DNA from: Octopus sinensis
Lineage: Eukaryota
DNA: 64,000 nucleotides
Direction: 5' to 3'
Assembly: GCF_006345805.1 (NCBI RefSeq)
Contig: NC_042997.1
Span: forward strand, 155,496,001-155,560,000
Position numbers and translations under genes: made by a program. This document shows positions 38,293 through 51,319 of this stretch, one piece after another (position 1 is the first letter of the stretch; every line of letters starts with the position of its first letter). The notes beneath the pieces are model-generated. The model did not search any database, was not told where the DNA came from, and saw only the letters and a program-made list of their open reading frames with translations.

Positions 38293-40304
38293 ATGCCTAG
38301 AAATGTATAAGATAGCACCTGCTCTGCGAAACTTTTTGTCTGTAAGTATGAGATCATAGAGAACCACACTAACTTTGAACAGTGACAATGAATTTCTAAA
38401 TGCTGGTGATGTAAAAATTTCATGTGGCATTTTCCAGGGTGACTCACTATCACCACTCCTCTTCTGTTTAGCCTTAATACCTCTCTCAAAACTGCTCAAT
38501 GACGCGCAGTACGGATATAAAATGTTTGATAAAAATATAAATCATCTCATTTACATGGATGATTTAAAGCTCTTTGCAAAAAATGACCAACAACTCAAGG
38601 GCTTACTAGCGATTGTCAAACAATTCAGTGATGACATCAGAATGCAATTTGGCCTCGATAAGTGTGCAAAAGCTACCTTTATCAAAGGAAAAATGACAGA
38701 AACATCTAACGTTAACCTTGACCAGCAGAATGTCATAAAAGAATTAGATCCAGCAGAGAACTACAAGTATCTAGGGGTAATTGAAGGAGAAGGAATAAGG
38801 CATTCAGAGATGAAGGAAAGAATTAGGAGAGAATGTTATCGCAGAGTAAGAGCAATACTCAAGACAGAGCTGAATGCGAGAAACAGGATCGAAGCGATCA
38901 ATGCATTAGCCATACCAGTTGTGACTTACAGTTTCAATATCGTTAACTGGTCAATTACTGAAATATGTAATCTTGACAGAAAAATACAAAAACTGTTGAC
39001 AATGCATAGAATGCACCACCCTAAGGCAGATACAGAACGACTTTATCTGCCAAGAAAAGAGGGAGGCCGTGGACTTTTACAACAGGCAATAACAATGAAG
39101 AGTGCTACAATTGGCCTAGACACCTACCTGAAAAACTCTGAGGACTGGATGTTAAAACTTGTCTCAAAACATGAAAACAAGAAAGCATCATACTCAGTAA
39201 CAAAACAGGCAAAGGAATATCTAAGTGAATTCCGAATACAACAAATTTCGGAATTAGAGATAGACATACAAGAAACAGGCACAGAAAAAGCTAAGTGCAT
39301 GAAAACCCGTGCTAAATCTGCGGCCTTAGATATTCTGAATGATAAATGGCAAGAAAAACCTCTCTATGGCAAATACCTAAAGAGAGCAAATAATGCAGAT
39401 GTTGACAAAGCCCTGACCCATCAATGGCTAATGGCCTCCGGCTTAAAATCTGAAACAGAGGGGTTTATCATAGCAGCTCAAGATCAATGCCTACCAACAA
39501 GAAACTACCAGGCCAACATATTAAAGATCAGAAGCAGTCCAACGTGTCGTGTATGCCAGCAACAAAATGAAACCATTGACCATGTGGTCTCCAAGTGCAG
39601 TCTTCTAGCGCCTACAGAGTATCTCAACAGACACGATAGAGCTGCACAATATATTCACTGGGTAATCTGCAAAAACCTGGATTTGCCTCATGAAAAAAAC
39701 TGGTGGGAACACAAACCACCCCCAGTGCTTGAAAATGACCACATCTCACTCCTCTGGAACTTTACAATTCAAACTGACAGAAAGATAGATACAAATAGGC
39801 CAGACATCATATTGAAAGACTTCAAACAAAGAACATGCCTCTTCATTGATATGACTGTCCCAATCGATATAAACGTATCTGTCAAGACCTACCAAAAACT
39901 GAGCAAATATAAAGATCTTGAAATAGAAATCAGCAAAATATGGAACCTGAAGACTAAAACAATACTTGTTGTCATAGGTGCCCTGGGAATGATAGCAAAA
40001 GGGGCTAATAGCTACCTAATTCAGATACCAGGAAACCCAAAAATGGCAAAAATTCAAAAGATAGTGCTCATGGGAACTGCTCATATCCTACGCAAAATAC
40101 TTTCAAGGTTTAAAACAAACATAATTTTCGGTTTTTAAAAAATTTTTTTTTTTAGACATTCATTAGTACAACACCAAAAACTCCCCCCCCCAAATATATG
40201 GCACACTAGGCATAACAACAACATGAACTTCCAACCTGTTGTCTCTTGAGGTCTCTGGGTGAGACTTGGAGCCAACTTGTACAAATTCAAAGCAAAAGTC
40301 AAAC
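38293..40304 (+). mobile_element. 5'-truncated Dong/R4-clade non-LTR retrotransposon inserted in (TAA)n
   Basis: RT plus CCHC plus RLE ORF, with (TAA)n on both flanks (38205-38290 and 40305-40333). Confidence 0.9.
38375..40138 (+). CDS. Partial RT / zinc-knuckle / restriction-like endonuclease ORF of the Dong/R4 element (not a full gene)
   Basis: GIFQGDSLSPLLF, YMDDLKLF, CRVC..ETIDHVVSKC, RHD, RPD..D..K.SKY. In-frame TAG at 38357 just upstream and N-terminus missing. Confidence 0.88.
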   Translation: MNSDNEFLNAGDVKISCGIFQGDSLSPLLFCLALIPLSKLLNDAQYGYKMFDKNINHLIYMDDLKLFAKNDQQLKGLLAIVKQFSDDIRMQFGLDKCAKATFIKGKMTETSNVNLDQQNVIKELDPAENYKYLGVIEGEGIRHSEMKERIRRECYRRVRAILKTELNARNRIEAINALAIPVVTYSFNIVNWSITEICNLDRKIQKLLTMHRMHHPKADTERLYLPRKEGGRGLLQQAITMKSATIGLDTYLKNSEDWMLKLVSKHENKKASYSVTKQAKEYLSEFRIQQISELEIDIQETGTEKAKCMKTRAKSAALDILNDKWQEKPLYGKYLKRANNADVDKALTHQWLMASGLKSETEGFIIAAQDQCLPTRNYQANILKIRSSPTCRVCQQQNETIDHVVSKCSLLAPTEYLNRHDRAAQYIHWVICKNLDLPHEKNWWEHKPPPVLENDHISLLWNFTIQTDRKIDTNRPDIILKDFKQRTCLFIDMTVPIDINVSVKTYQKLSKYKDLEIEISKIWNLKTKTILVVIGALGMIAKGANSYLIQIPGNPKMAKIQKIVLMGTAHILRKILSRFKTNIIFGF

Positions 40305-40397
40305 TAATAATAATAATAATAATAATAATAATATTAATGACTCACTCCAAAATCAATGAGAATTGATATTTATTTTTTTTTTTAAACTGTAATTAAA

Positions 40398-40469
40398 ACG
40401 TTCTACTCAGACATGAACTCGGATGGCTGGATTCAAAGTCCAGAGCGCCAACTATTACGCCATAGAACC
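40398..40469 (-). pseudogene. tRNA-Gln(TTG) pseudogene
   Basis: Full length, anticodon arm intact, D and T arms mutated. Confidence 0.85.
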
Positions 40470-40841
40470 ACTCCAAAACCAAGCCAAAGTTTTATCTTCA
40501 AATAGAATCTTGAAATAGAATCTATTTTATCTAGAAATAGAATCCATTCTCATGTCTGATGCATTATAAGGAATATTAAAATCAACTCAGTACTTTGGCT
40601 CTTATTTCATCAACACCCCAGAAAAATGAAATGTGAGGTTGACTTTGGTAAGATTGGAACACAGAACGTAAAGCCGTAGCTTAAAGTGACCGGTGACTCA
40701 GAGATAAACTCCCATTGAGTACAGCTTGTGATGCAGATTCCATGGTTAGTCGTAAGTATTTCACGTTACTGATATGTTCATCAATCTTGAGGAAGGAACA
40801 GGAACAGTACGATTCCTATTTCCGCCATTGCATGACGTCAT

Positions 40842-40872
<31 letters not shown>

Positions 40873-41160
40873 TTTCATCACGATTTAGACGGGTGCACAT
40901 GGTGCGTTTTGATGTTTAAACTTTTTATCAAGAATGATGATTCATAGATGTCTCTTAAGCACCTTGGGTTATGTTTTGAAGCCGGAAGTTTTTCTTTCTT
41001 TCTTTTTTTCTTCCTTTTTAGCATAAAGGAAAATAAAAATGAAAAGTTTGGGTGAGACATAAACATATAAAGATAGCGTTTTTAACAAACTTGTAGAAAG
41101 CTTTAAAAAAATATTGATTGGTTACATTCCCATTCGAACAAGTAAGTACCGAAACAAAAC

Positions 41161-41219
41161 AGGCACCGCTGAGACTCGAATCGCTGGATTCAGAGTGCTA
41201 ACCATTACACCATAGAACC
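41161..41219 (-). pseudogene. tRNA-Gln pseudogene with 7-nt and 6-nt deletions
   Basis: Reverse complement GGTTCTATGGTGTAATGGTTAGCACTCTG^AATCCAGCGA^TTCGAGTCTCAGCGGTGCCT. Confidence 0.85.
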
Positions 41220-41479
41220 TAATAAATAGGCAAGTGTACTTCATCTTTAAATTAAATTTTATGTCATGTCTTTCCAGGTATTCATATTTGTATGTATGAA
41301 AGCAAATGGGGCGATCGCCTCAGGCATACCGTAAATCCTCGAGTATAATCCGCATTTTCCCCCAAAATTTAAAGGTCAAAATCCCTAGTGCGTATTATAT
41401 ACGAGGTTAAAAAGGAAAATTATTTTCTTAGCAATGTCCGAGTCTCTGTTTGCTGTCCGGCAATGTTTATTCAACTGCA

Positions 41480-42245
41480 AGCTATTGAATGGCGGGGTAT
41501 CGTTGGTGAATTGGAAAGCCAAAGATACGCCAGAAAGCCTCGTTGCTACTTATGATAATGCGTCACCTCATCCTGGCAGTATTCTTGTTGAAGTCCAAAC
41601 ATTGCAGCGTCAGAACCCTTGTTTACATATTTACAAACGTACTTGATGGATTTAACGGAGTTGCAAAACTCAACGTTGATGTGAGCATTGAAAGTCTTTG
41701 ACAGGAGTGGACAGTATGGAACAATCCATCTATCATCAATATCGTGATGTCCGATAGTGGCTGTGAAACCTCCGTCTTCTGGTTTTCTGCGTCTGTATGA
41801 TGGATACCCATCAGCACCTGTCTGAGTTTCTTGTAGGAACCTCCTTGGAAATCTTTTTGAACATATGCTGTCCTTCAAGCATGGTGTGTTTATGTTGAAT
41901 CCACGCCCACATGGACCATGTACCATGTTTGCTTTAACTATTTCGTATAGTTCTTTGTCTAAAGCTGGATCAGGAAGCTCTGCAGAGATTATCTTGTCGA
42001 TGTCATTGGAATTGATCATCGCTGAGAGCCAAAGCAGGATATGAGCATGTGGAAGGCCCCCTTTTTTGCCACTCGATTGTGTACATGTCACATTGTATGG
42101 GCCCAAAGACTTGCCCTTTTTGTATGAGCTCCATGAGAGAGATTAACTTCAGATGGAAAACTCGGGCGTTGAGATTCCGGTTCGAATGTAAGGCAGGTTT
42201 GAAAGTGTTCCCAACAGTTATTAGTTGCATTGGTAGAGTGTTTAT
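41480..42245 (-). pseudogene. Helitron Rep (HUH endonuclease) fragment, frameshifted
   Basis: YTIEWQKRG/LPHAHIL, MVHGPCG, GYPSYRRR, WIVPY..AHINVEFC..SIKYVCKYVNKGSD. Confidence 0.92.
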
Positions 42246-42432
42246 GCCGAATATGTACGTATGCAAGTATATTTATGTATGTATGCCTGTATATATGTAC
42301 AAAATCCACTGAGAATGTTTTTGTTATTCTGAGGCTACAGCAGAAGACACATGCCAAGTCATCATACAGTGGGACTGAACCCAGGACCATGTGTTTGGAA
42401 CGTAGTTTGTTACCACACAGCCACACCTGCCC

Positions 42433-42476
<44 letters not shown>

Positions 42477-43058
42477 TGTGTGTGTGCGTATGTGTGTATG
42501 GGTAGATATATTATGCATGTATATATGTGTATATATATGTGTACATATTACATGTACATCTATGTATATACATCTACACATAAAATACAAAATACAAAGT
42601 TATATCTTGATATCGCTAGTGATAACAATACTCAAAATATATAATAGACTGGAATTGTAGACCCGTCTCTTGCAATTTCGATCAATTGGATCTTGTCCTC
42701 CCTCTTGTATGGAAGTGTACGGCTGCAGCGAAATCCATTTTGGGACTTTCTTCTATCGAAGGCATTTTAACAAAAATGCTTCCGTAAAGACGGTGAAAAT
42801 ATTGTCAATTTCCCCAAACAGGGACAAAATTAATTTTTTAAACAATAACCAAGGCCCCTTCTCCGAAAGGGGGAGGGTTACGGTTTACAATTATTTAACA
42901 AAAGCAACCCAACAACGTTTCCCTGAGGAGGAACCAACAAACGTAATTACAATAGTCAAACAGTAATAATAATAACAATAAACCTTTTTAATTTATCCCC
43001 ATTTATGTGAAACCACATATTCAAGTTGAAATCATTGATGCAATTTTATACGAATTGC

Positions 43059-43061
<3 letters not shown>

Positions 43062-43101
<40 letters not shown>

Positions 43102-44150
43102 ATAAGGGTGAAAAATTGAATATTAATTTGATTAATATGAATTGAAAACCAGTGGTGTAGCATATAAGACCATATCGGATCTTCTTCTAGCAAAAAGGAT
43201 GACCATTATTAATGGTTCATCCCTGTTATATAATACTTTCACTTTATTAGTTTCAGTATTAAAATGAAAGTATCTGCATTACAAAAGAGACATGTTTTTG
43301 TTTCACTTTTAACACGTAATACTGAAATAGTGGAGAAGATATGATTTTGTTGTGGGATCGCCCTAGGGAAAAAGTTAAGATTTTTTGCCGATGACACTCC
43401 CCGGCCCTTAAGTAAGGCATGTGTAAAATTTGAATGAAATTGGTTGTGTAGTTCTCAAGTTTTAGGGAAACACACAGACAGACAGACAGACAGACACACA
43501 TTCTCAGTTTTATATATAGAGAGATACTATATCATTCATATTATGGACGTATATCTTCTGTGATTTTTTTCATATAATTTTTCCTGCTCTTACTTTATAA
43601 TACGTACACACACACACACACACACACCACACACACACATAATAAGGGTGAAAAATTGAATATTAATTTGATTAATATGAATTGAAAACCAGTGGTGTAG
43701 CATATAAGACCATATCGGATCTTCTTCTAGCAAAAAGGATGACCATTATTAATGGTTCATCCCTGTTATATAATACTTTCACTTTATTAGTTTCAGTATT
43801 AAAATGAAAGTATCTGCATTACAAAAGAGACATGTTTTTGTTTCACTTTTAACACGTAATACTGAAATAGTGGAGAAGATATGATTTTGTTGTGGGATCG
43901 CCCTAGGGAAAAAGTTAAGATTTTTTGCCGATGACACTCCCCGGCCCTTAAGTAAGGCATGTGTAAAATTTGAATGAAATTGGTTGTGTAGTTCTCAAGT
44001 TTTAGGGAAACACACAGATAGACAGACAGACAGACACACATTCTCAGTTTTATATATAGAGAGATACTATATCATTCATATTATGGACGTATATCTTCTG
44101 TGATTTTTTTCATATAATTTTTCCTGCTCTTACTTTATAATACGTACACA
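43062..44150 (+). repeat. 540-bp near-perfect tandem duplication bounded by (CA)n
   Basis: 43099-43605 repeats at +540 with about one visible substitution. Each unit includes a Helitron-like 5' end on the minus strand. Confidence 0.92.
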
Positions 44151-44183
44151 CACACACATACACACACACACACACATACACAG

Positions 44184-44280
<97 letters not shown>

Positions 44281-44446
44281 TCCGTAATAATGAAGGGTGA
44301 AATTAATTAATTTGGAATAATTATCAATTACACCAAGTAGTCTTCGGCATGTAAAAGCCTCATTCGAGAAAATTTAAGTAATACTAAGCAATAAAGGGTT
44401 TAGCAACGAATTGCCTTACCACATACCGAATTTAGAAATAGCAGTC

Positions 44447-44556
44447 AAAGAGTTATAGCTATTTCTTCTACTAAAAAGGGAGATCTCAGTAAAAACACCA
44501 ATTGCTGTTTTTACTGAGATCTCCCTTTTTAGTAGAAGAAATAGCTATAACTCTTT
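44447..44556. repeat. Perfect 51-bp inverted repeat with 8-nt loop
   Basis: 44447-44497 is the exact reverse complement of 44506-44556. Confidence 0.9.
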
Positions 44557-44564
44557 ATTGCTTA

Positions 44565-44627
<63 letters not shown>

Positions 44628-45165
44628 GGGTGTTCGGAAAGTCTCACCGCAGTATTTTATTGCAAAATAAATATTTATAAAATGGTATAATAAAAAATAT
44701 TATTATCATCATTATCGTTTTCTGAATTACTTTCAATCGCACTAGACTCGCGCACACCATCACTTGTAGACATGATTGTCGATTCACAAGCACTCGTAGA
44801 CGGACTTGTAAGTTTCTTTTTAAAAACAAGTCTAGAGTTGTCTGCTTAGAAGAAGCTTTTTTTCGCGATCTATAAATTTCTGGGTGACACGCAGAAGCAT
44901 TTGTTATGGTAGTAGAAACTTTTGCACTTCATTCAAAATTTGGATCCTGTGCTTGAAAAATAAACTCGTAAATCCGGGGTCTCGTAAAGTGAGGTATTAC
45001 TGTATGTGTGTGTGTGTGAGGATATTATTGTTTATAATAGTATGAGTAGCTTAGCATGCCTAAAAAAACCCGTAATGGTATATATATATAAAATAATGTG
45101 GGAGGTAATCAAATTAGACAGATCTATATATAAAATATATCAAATAGATTTAATACAAAATATGT

Positions 45166-45250
<85 letters not shown>

Positions 45251-45454
45251 CATACACACACACATTGTGAAAGCAAGTGGATTAATGGTTAGAATATTGG
45301 GTTCACGAGTGGTATGCTGTGAGGATAAAAAATCCTGTTTAACACACTTGCAAAGAAAACATCCAAGCCCCGATTTCAAAGGTTAATAAAAAGCAAACCC
45401 ATGAAAATACAAGAAAAAAACTTTGCATTTCTACAAAGTACATTAAGTAACATT

Positions 45455-45770
45455 GCGATTGAAAATTGTATCACTTAAGTGAGACCTTAAGAGAGATCTT
45501 GCTGCATGAAAATCAAACCCCATGCATAGCACTCATGGAAACTCATCTGAGCCCTCATATAGAGGATGCAGAAGTACACGTACCAAAATTTACCATACTG
45601 CGAACAGACAGAAGAGAAATGTGCCATGGTGGAGTTGCTGTATACATCTGTGAAGACCTCACACCCCAGGTCTTACTGTCCTGCTCAAATTCAGTATGTG
45701 ACACTCTAATTTTTTTTACCGAAAAGGTTTCTCTAATGATTTTTAAGTGCATAGTGCCAAAAGATTGACA
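45455..45770 (+). mobile_element. LINE APE endonuclease N-terminal fragment
   Basis: CIALMETHL..ILRTDR..GGVAVYI motifs. Confidence 0.75.
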
Positions 45771-46081
45771 AAAATCCGTCCGGAGTGATGTAGTAAGAGG
45801 ATGAGGTGAAAAAAAAATCATATATTTTCACAAAGATATTTTTTTTCATCAAAAAATGCCTCATGTCATTTCGAAAGCCGTAGTCAAAAATAAAAGGGGA
45901 ATCCCCGTCAAAACGGAGAAAATCCAACTTATGTGGGCATTCTGATCCGAAACTTCGACAAAAATTTTTGAAAATTTATTTTTTTCATCCCCATCTCCAA
46001 CCGGACCGATTTTGGTCATTTGTTTTTTGTTTTTTGTTTTTTTGCATTACGCACTTACTGGGAGAAGCCTTTTCAGTAAAA

Positions 46082-46124
<43 letters not shown>

Positions 46125-47923
46125 AATGAAAATAGTTTCAGAAAAGGGTGTTGATGTAAGGAAGTTATTGTTTCTAGCACATCCTACGACCACCTGGTAC
46201 CTTATTCGAGGGCTGAGGGTAAAGATTTAAATTTCAAATCTTTTTGTTGCTAAAATCCCAGCAATGGACCACACTTGGCTAAACATTCCATAATCATCAT
46301 CATTCCATAAAATGTGTTAATAGGGAGCAAAATATTGAAAAACATCAATACATGTGAGTGTGACAAAGAAAGGAGGAAGGTGGTTGTAGGAAGTGCTAGA
46401 AACAACAACCAAATCTTCCTTAAATCACATAACTTTTCAACTGAAAATATTTTCAAATTTTTAGAACTTTTTCCCTTTTTTTACCGAAAAATTGGCAAAA
46501 AAAAAGGGGGCGGAGATGACGGTGAAAAATATCATAAATTTTCAAAAATTTCTTCTTCATCAAAAGCTTCACCTCAACATTTGCAAGGCAGCGGTGAAAA
46601 AAAAATTGAAAAATCCAACTCATGTGGGCGTCCTGATCCGAAACTTTATGTTCTTAACGCTTAGCACCAATGATCTTAAGGTATCCAGTCGTGACCATAG
46701 TTTATCTAGGACTACATTATCCAATATCTTAAAAAAAAAAAAAAACGATAGTATTTGTCTTGAAGGATATTTGGTTGTTATATCTAACAGGTCGACCAAT
46801 ATCGTGATATGATGCAATTTTTGACGACGATGATGATGATGATGACGACGACGACGACGATGACGATGACGACGACGACGACGACGACGATTAGCACCCT
46901 CTCCACTAAGTCAGCCCACGCCATACAAAAATGTCCTATTGTTTTTTTAAAAAAGACCAGGCGTGATTTGAGAGACACTGCTGCTATTTATAGAAACCAT
47001 GTACAGCCTCTGTATGTAGTAAACCACATACAAGTAGCAACTCAATAGCCCATTGTCATCATCACTTTACATTCGCCTCCCATTGCAGTAAAAGTTAAGC
47101 AGGTCGCCATTGTCCAAATTTGTTCATATTCGTAGTTACTGCCTTCCTGGATTTGTTGGAGGACCGCATTAGTGAGGTAGATATGTCCTCGATCAGACTA
47201 AAGAGATTTATTGACCTTGCTTTGTCTCCTCTCGTTCACCAATCACTTTACAGATGCTTTTGATCATGGTATCAGCAAAGGCATAAGCGTCCTCGCCATT
47301 GTATTGTATCTCTAAACTTTCAATGCAGTGTAATGAAGAAGGTGAATAGATGTGTGAATGATAGAGAGGTTGCGAGCTGTGACAGAAGGGCGTAGGTGAA
47401 TGCATGAATAGAACAAGTGTATGAAAAAGAAACTTAGTGATTTGGGTAAGGTGGTGGTAGAGAAGGGAATAATGCAAGAGAGACAGAGCTCGAGGAAGTA
47501 ATGGAAAAATGACAGTTATAGTAGTAGGGGAGGGACAATAATGGTAGCTACATGTTTTCTAGCATGAGAGAGAGTAATGGATAGTAATAGAGGAGAGAGA
47601 TGGCAAGAAAGTGATGATGCTGATAATGAATGGCCTGAGAGAAAGGGATTTATAACTGGCAGCGCAGAACGTTTGATGGATGAGTGAAACAGTTGCAAAT
47701 ATATATTGCTTGACGGGAAAGAGAGGTGGAGTAAGAACGATGATAATAAGTCTAAACACAACGAAAAACATACACAGGTCCAATACTATCCTTCGTTACA
47801 CTGGTATTTTGGTACAGTAAATAGGAAACAAACAGTTCATGCTGGATGAGCCACAGAGAGACGGGAGGGTCAGACTGATCTAAAGCCATCTCAGTTACAT
47901 AGGCAGTTTATAAAAAAGAAAAT

Positions 47924-48170
47924 GTTCCTTCTCGAGCCATGCCAGGCTCATAAGGACCGGTTTCCCGGTTTCAGTGGCGTAGAAATTCCCCACCTGGACG
48001 GGACGCCTGTCCGTCACAGGATTACTCATTTTTGCCAGCTGAGTGGATTAGAGCAACGTGAAATGAAGTGTTTTGCTCAAGAACTCAACGCATCGCCCGG
48101 TCTAGGAATCCAAACCACAACCTTGTAATCATAAGTTCAACACCCTAACCACTAAGCTACGCGCCTCCAC
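47924..48170 (-). mobile_element. tRNA-derived SINE family D
   Basis: Head GTGGAGGCGCGTAGCTTAGTGGTTAGGG, body CTTGAGCAAAACACTTCATTTCAC..CCACTCAGCTG. Confidence 0.75.
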
Positions 48171-48282
48171 AACGAGCAGTTTGGTAGAGTGAGTACAAGA
48201 CAGGTTACTGGGGAGAGTATGACTGATACAAAGATGACTAGTAGTGAGTTGAAAAGGTATCAAAGAGAAAGGGCTGACAGCA

Positions 48283-48333
48283 GAAAAGATGGCCAATTTG
48301 AAAAGATGGCCAATTTGAAAAGATGGCCAATTT
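48283..48333 (+). repeat. 17-bp tandem repeat x3
   Basis: (GAAAAGATGGCCAATTT)3. Confidence 0.85.
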
Positions 48334-49129
48334 ATAATATTGCTCAGCCTCGAATAGTAGCACCATTTTAATGTTTGTAAAAGTAGAGCCTTTTCTTTGC
48401 ACCAATCATCGCGATCTTTTGGCATTTCTTTCATGAAACTCCCTATCCTGAGATCGATTTTCCACACTTCATTCCGTATCTTCCTAGCTCTCCACCCACC
48501 ACAGTTTCAATCGGTTTGAGTGTCCTGCACGCTTTTCTACAGCTGTCGTCCCCCATTCGCATCATTTGTCTCTATTGGCAATTTTATCTCTTTTTCACTA
48601 TATTCCATTCCTCCTATATCCAATTTTCCTCTCAGCATATTTGTACTCTATCGTCCATGTTCGCTAACATAAGACGTCTAACGGATCATGCTTACTTCAT
48701 TTTTAATTCTTTGCACAATATCTGCATTTTGAATTGATGTCTCTCTACAATACAGCATTGCAATTTCGATACAGACACCACACAAATCTGCTCTACACTC
48801 TACAAGAGAAAATTTCCCTGAACTTTTCCATCCCATCGCATTTCTGCTGTTGTTATTACTGCTGCTGCTGTTGCTGTTGTTGTTCAAAAGCAGCCCAATC
48901 ATGACACGTACATACGTACATACACATTTAACATTACCTAAATAGCACTAAATAAAAGCCATATTCATGACTGGAATGCTCTTGATTATAAGTCTAAACG
49001 ATCAGGTTGATACAGGGCTGAACAATAGCAACAGTAGTAGCAGTAGCAGCAGCAACAACAACAGGGAAAGTGAGTATTCTGAAAATGTAGCAACAGTACG
49101 ACAGGTTCTAAGAGGTATTATCTCTGATA

Positions 49130-49361
49130 AAGGCAGCGAGCTGGCAGAAACGTTAGCACGCCGGGCGAAATGCATAGCCGTATTTCATCTGCCGTTACAT
49201 TCTGAGTTCAAATTCTGCCGAGGTCGACTTTGCCTTTCATCCTTTCGAGGTCGATAAATTAAGTACCAGTTACGCACTGGGGTCGATGTAATCGACTTAA
49301 TCCGTTTGTCTGTCTTTGTTTGTCCCCTCTGTGTTTAGCCCCTTGTGGGCAATAAAGAAAT
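49130..49361 (+). mobile_element. SINE family B, full length
   Basis: TSD AGGTATTATCTCTG on both sides. Confidence 0.9.
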
Positions 49362-49769
49362 AGGTATTATCTCTGCTAGTAACAAAAGTTTTTTTTTCTT
49401 ATCTCATATTGTAGGAAGATTGGGTAGGAGGCAGGTTACTGTAGAGAGTACGACTGTTACAGAGATGACTGATAGGGGGTAGAGAGAGCATCAAAGAGGA
49501 AAGGTTAGCAATAGCTGGAAGTCTTTTTTTTTAGGATAAAAGCTGTTTAAATATCAATAAATTAAAATTACGTGTTTGAAAACAAAATTAGTTCTTTGTT
49601 AAAAATATACCGATCTAAGTTTAAATATCTGCAACCTTTTACCTTTTACTTGTTTCAGAATTAGACTGCGGCCATGCTGGGGCACTGCCTTCAAGAACTT
49701 TTTAGCTGAATGAATTGACCCCAATGATTATTTGTTTAAGCCTGGTGCTTATTTTATCGGCCTTATATA

Positions 49770-50476
49770 TGTAGTGGATCTTGCATGCATGAAGTGGATT
49801 CGATCCACCATAGCCAAATTTAAATTAACACTGCTACAGAACTTTTCCCACGGTGGAACAATGTTTTTTTCTCTGACAGCAGTTTTACATCTTCCAGATG
49901 CCTTTAGCTAGGCCGAAATAATGTCTTCACCACTTGACCCTTTGTAACCTCTTCTACTTCACCAAAAGCTAGAATAGAGATAACAAGACCCCCCAATTAG
50001 ATCTATTCTTCTCAATGATATATCTATCCTTCTGGATAGTTATATAAACAATCACACCCCAAGCAAAAATCAGTTAGTCACATGGTGACGACTCAACGAA
50101 GTCTGGCTGACCAGCTACAACCTTGGTCAGAGGGAGAAAGCAGCTGTGAGACAACACCCTACAATTCTCTCTAGCTCTAATTCTGTCTCCGCAATTACTA
50201 CTAAACAATGAAGAGAACCCAAACACAAACTTTACTTCACATGCCTTTGGATTTATCATTAACCTGCTCGTCGAGGCAAGGTATTTGTAACGTAACGGTA
50301 AATAAATACTTTCTTAAAACTTCATGCATTGTTCATCTTACACATCCTATAGTATGCGATTATAATAAAAAAATGTTTTTATCGTCACACCTACTGTCAC
50401 CAACATTGCATAATATTGTTTACCAATCATTTTCTGCCGTTACAATTAGTGACTACACCAAAACAAATATTTGCCG

Positions 50477-50481
<5 letters not shown>
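49770..50481 (+). mobile_element. Candidate solo LTR related to 13571-14300
   Basis: TGTAGTG...CCGTTACA termini, shared GTAACGGTAAATAAAT block, TA and TG repeat flanks. Confidence 0.55.
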
Positions 50482-50526
<45 letters not shown>

Positions 50527-50968
50527 TGTGTGTGTGTGCGCGTGTGTGTATCTGTGTGTGTGTCTTTGTGTCTGTGTTTGACCCCACCTAACCGCTAAAC
50601 AACCGGTTTTGATGTGTTTACGTCCTCGTCATCTAGCAGTTCAGTAAAAGAGTACTAGGCTTAAGAAATAAGTCCTAGGTTCGATTTGTTCCATTAAAAC
50701 CCTCTAAGGTGGTGCTCCAGCATGGCCGCAGTTAAATGACCGAGACAAGTAAAAAAAATATTTAAAAAAAAAGAATATTTTCTACATCTTTTTGTACTAG
50801 AGCGAAAACTTGGCCTTTTGACTTCCTAATTCCTATAATATCGGAATTTGTTTTAAAAAATATAAGTAATAATCGATTATAAATAATAATCGAAATAATT
50901 GCTAAATGTTGTTCAACCGTGACTATTTCATCCATTTTTTTAATCCCTGGTGTATACATTCAACTTCT

Positions 50969-51319
50969 GGATCTTTTCGGCAGTTTTTTCTAGCGGTGTC
51001 ATATGAAATTGTCACCCATAATTATGACCCTAGTATCGATCTATTGCATTTCAATCTGTTTTAGGGTTAGGGTTTCTTAAACGAGGGACATATTCATACG
51101 GCACAGAATGTTTTTCACCTCAATGGACGTCATTGATTGGTTGAAATTGCAGAAATTGAAGAAAAAAAACAACAAATATCTTACAAACTATAGAATTTTC
51201 TCAATAAAGCCAAGAGAAAAAGATGTTTTATAAACACATTCTACCAGTATACAAAGTTTAAAAGTGTTTAGTTACGTGGAAATTATTTTAAGAAACTGCC
51301 GTTCAAACCGAAAATATCC
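50969..51319 (+). mobile_element. Monomer of the MITE that forms the 18386 foldback
   Basis: GGATCTTTTCGG..CCGAAAATATCC termini. Body matches 18800-19233. Confidence 0.85.
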
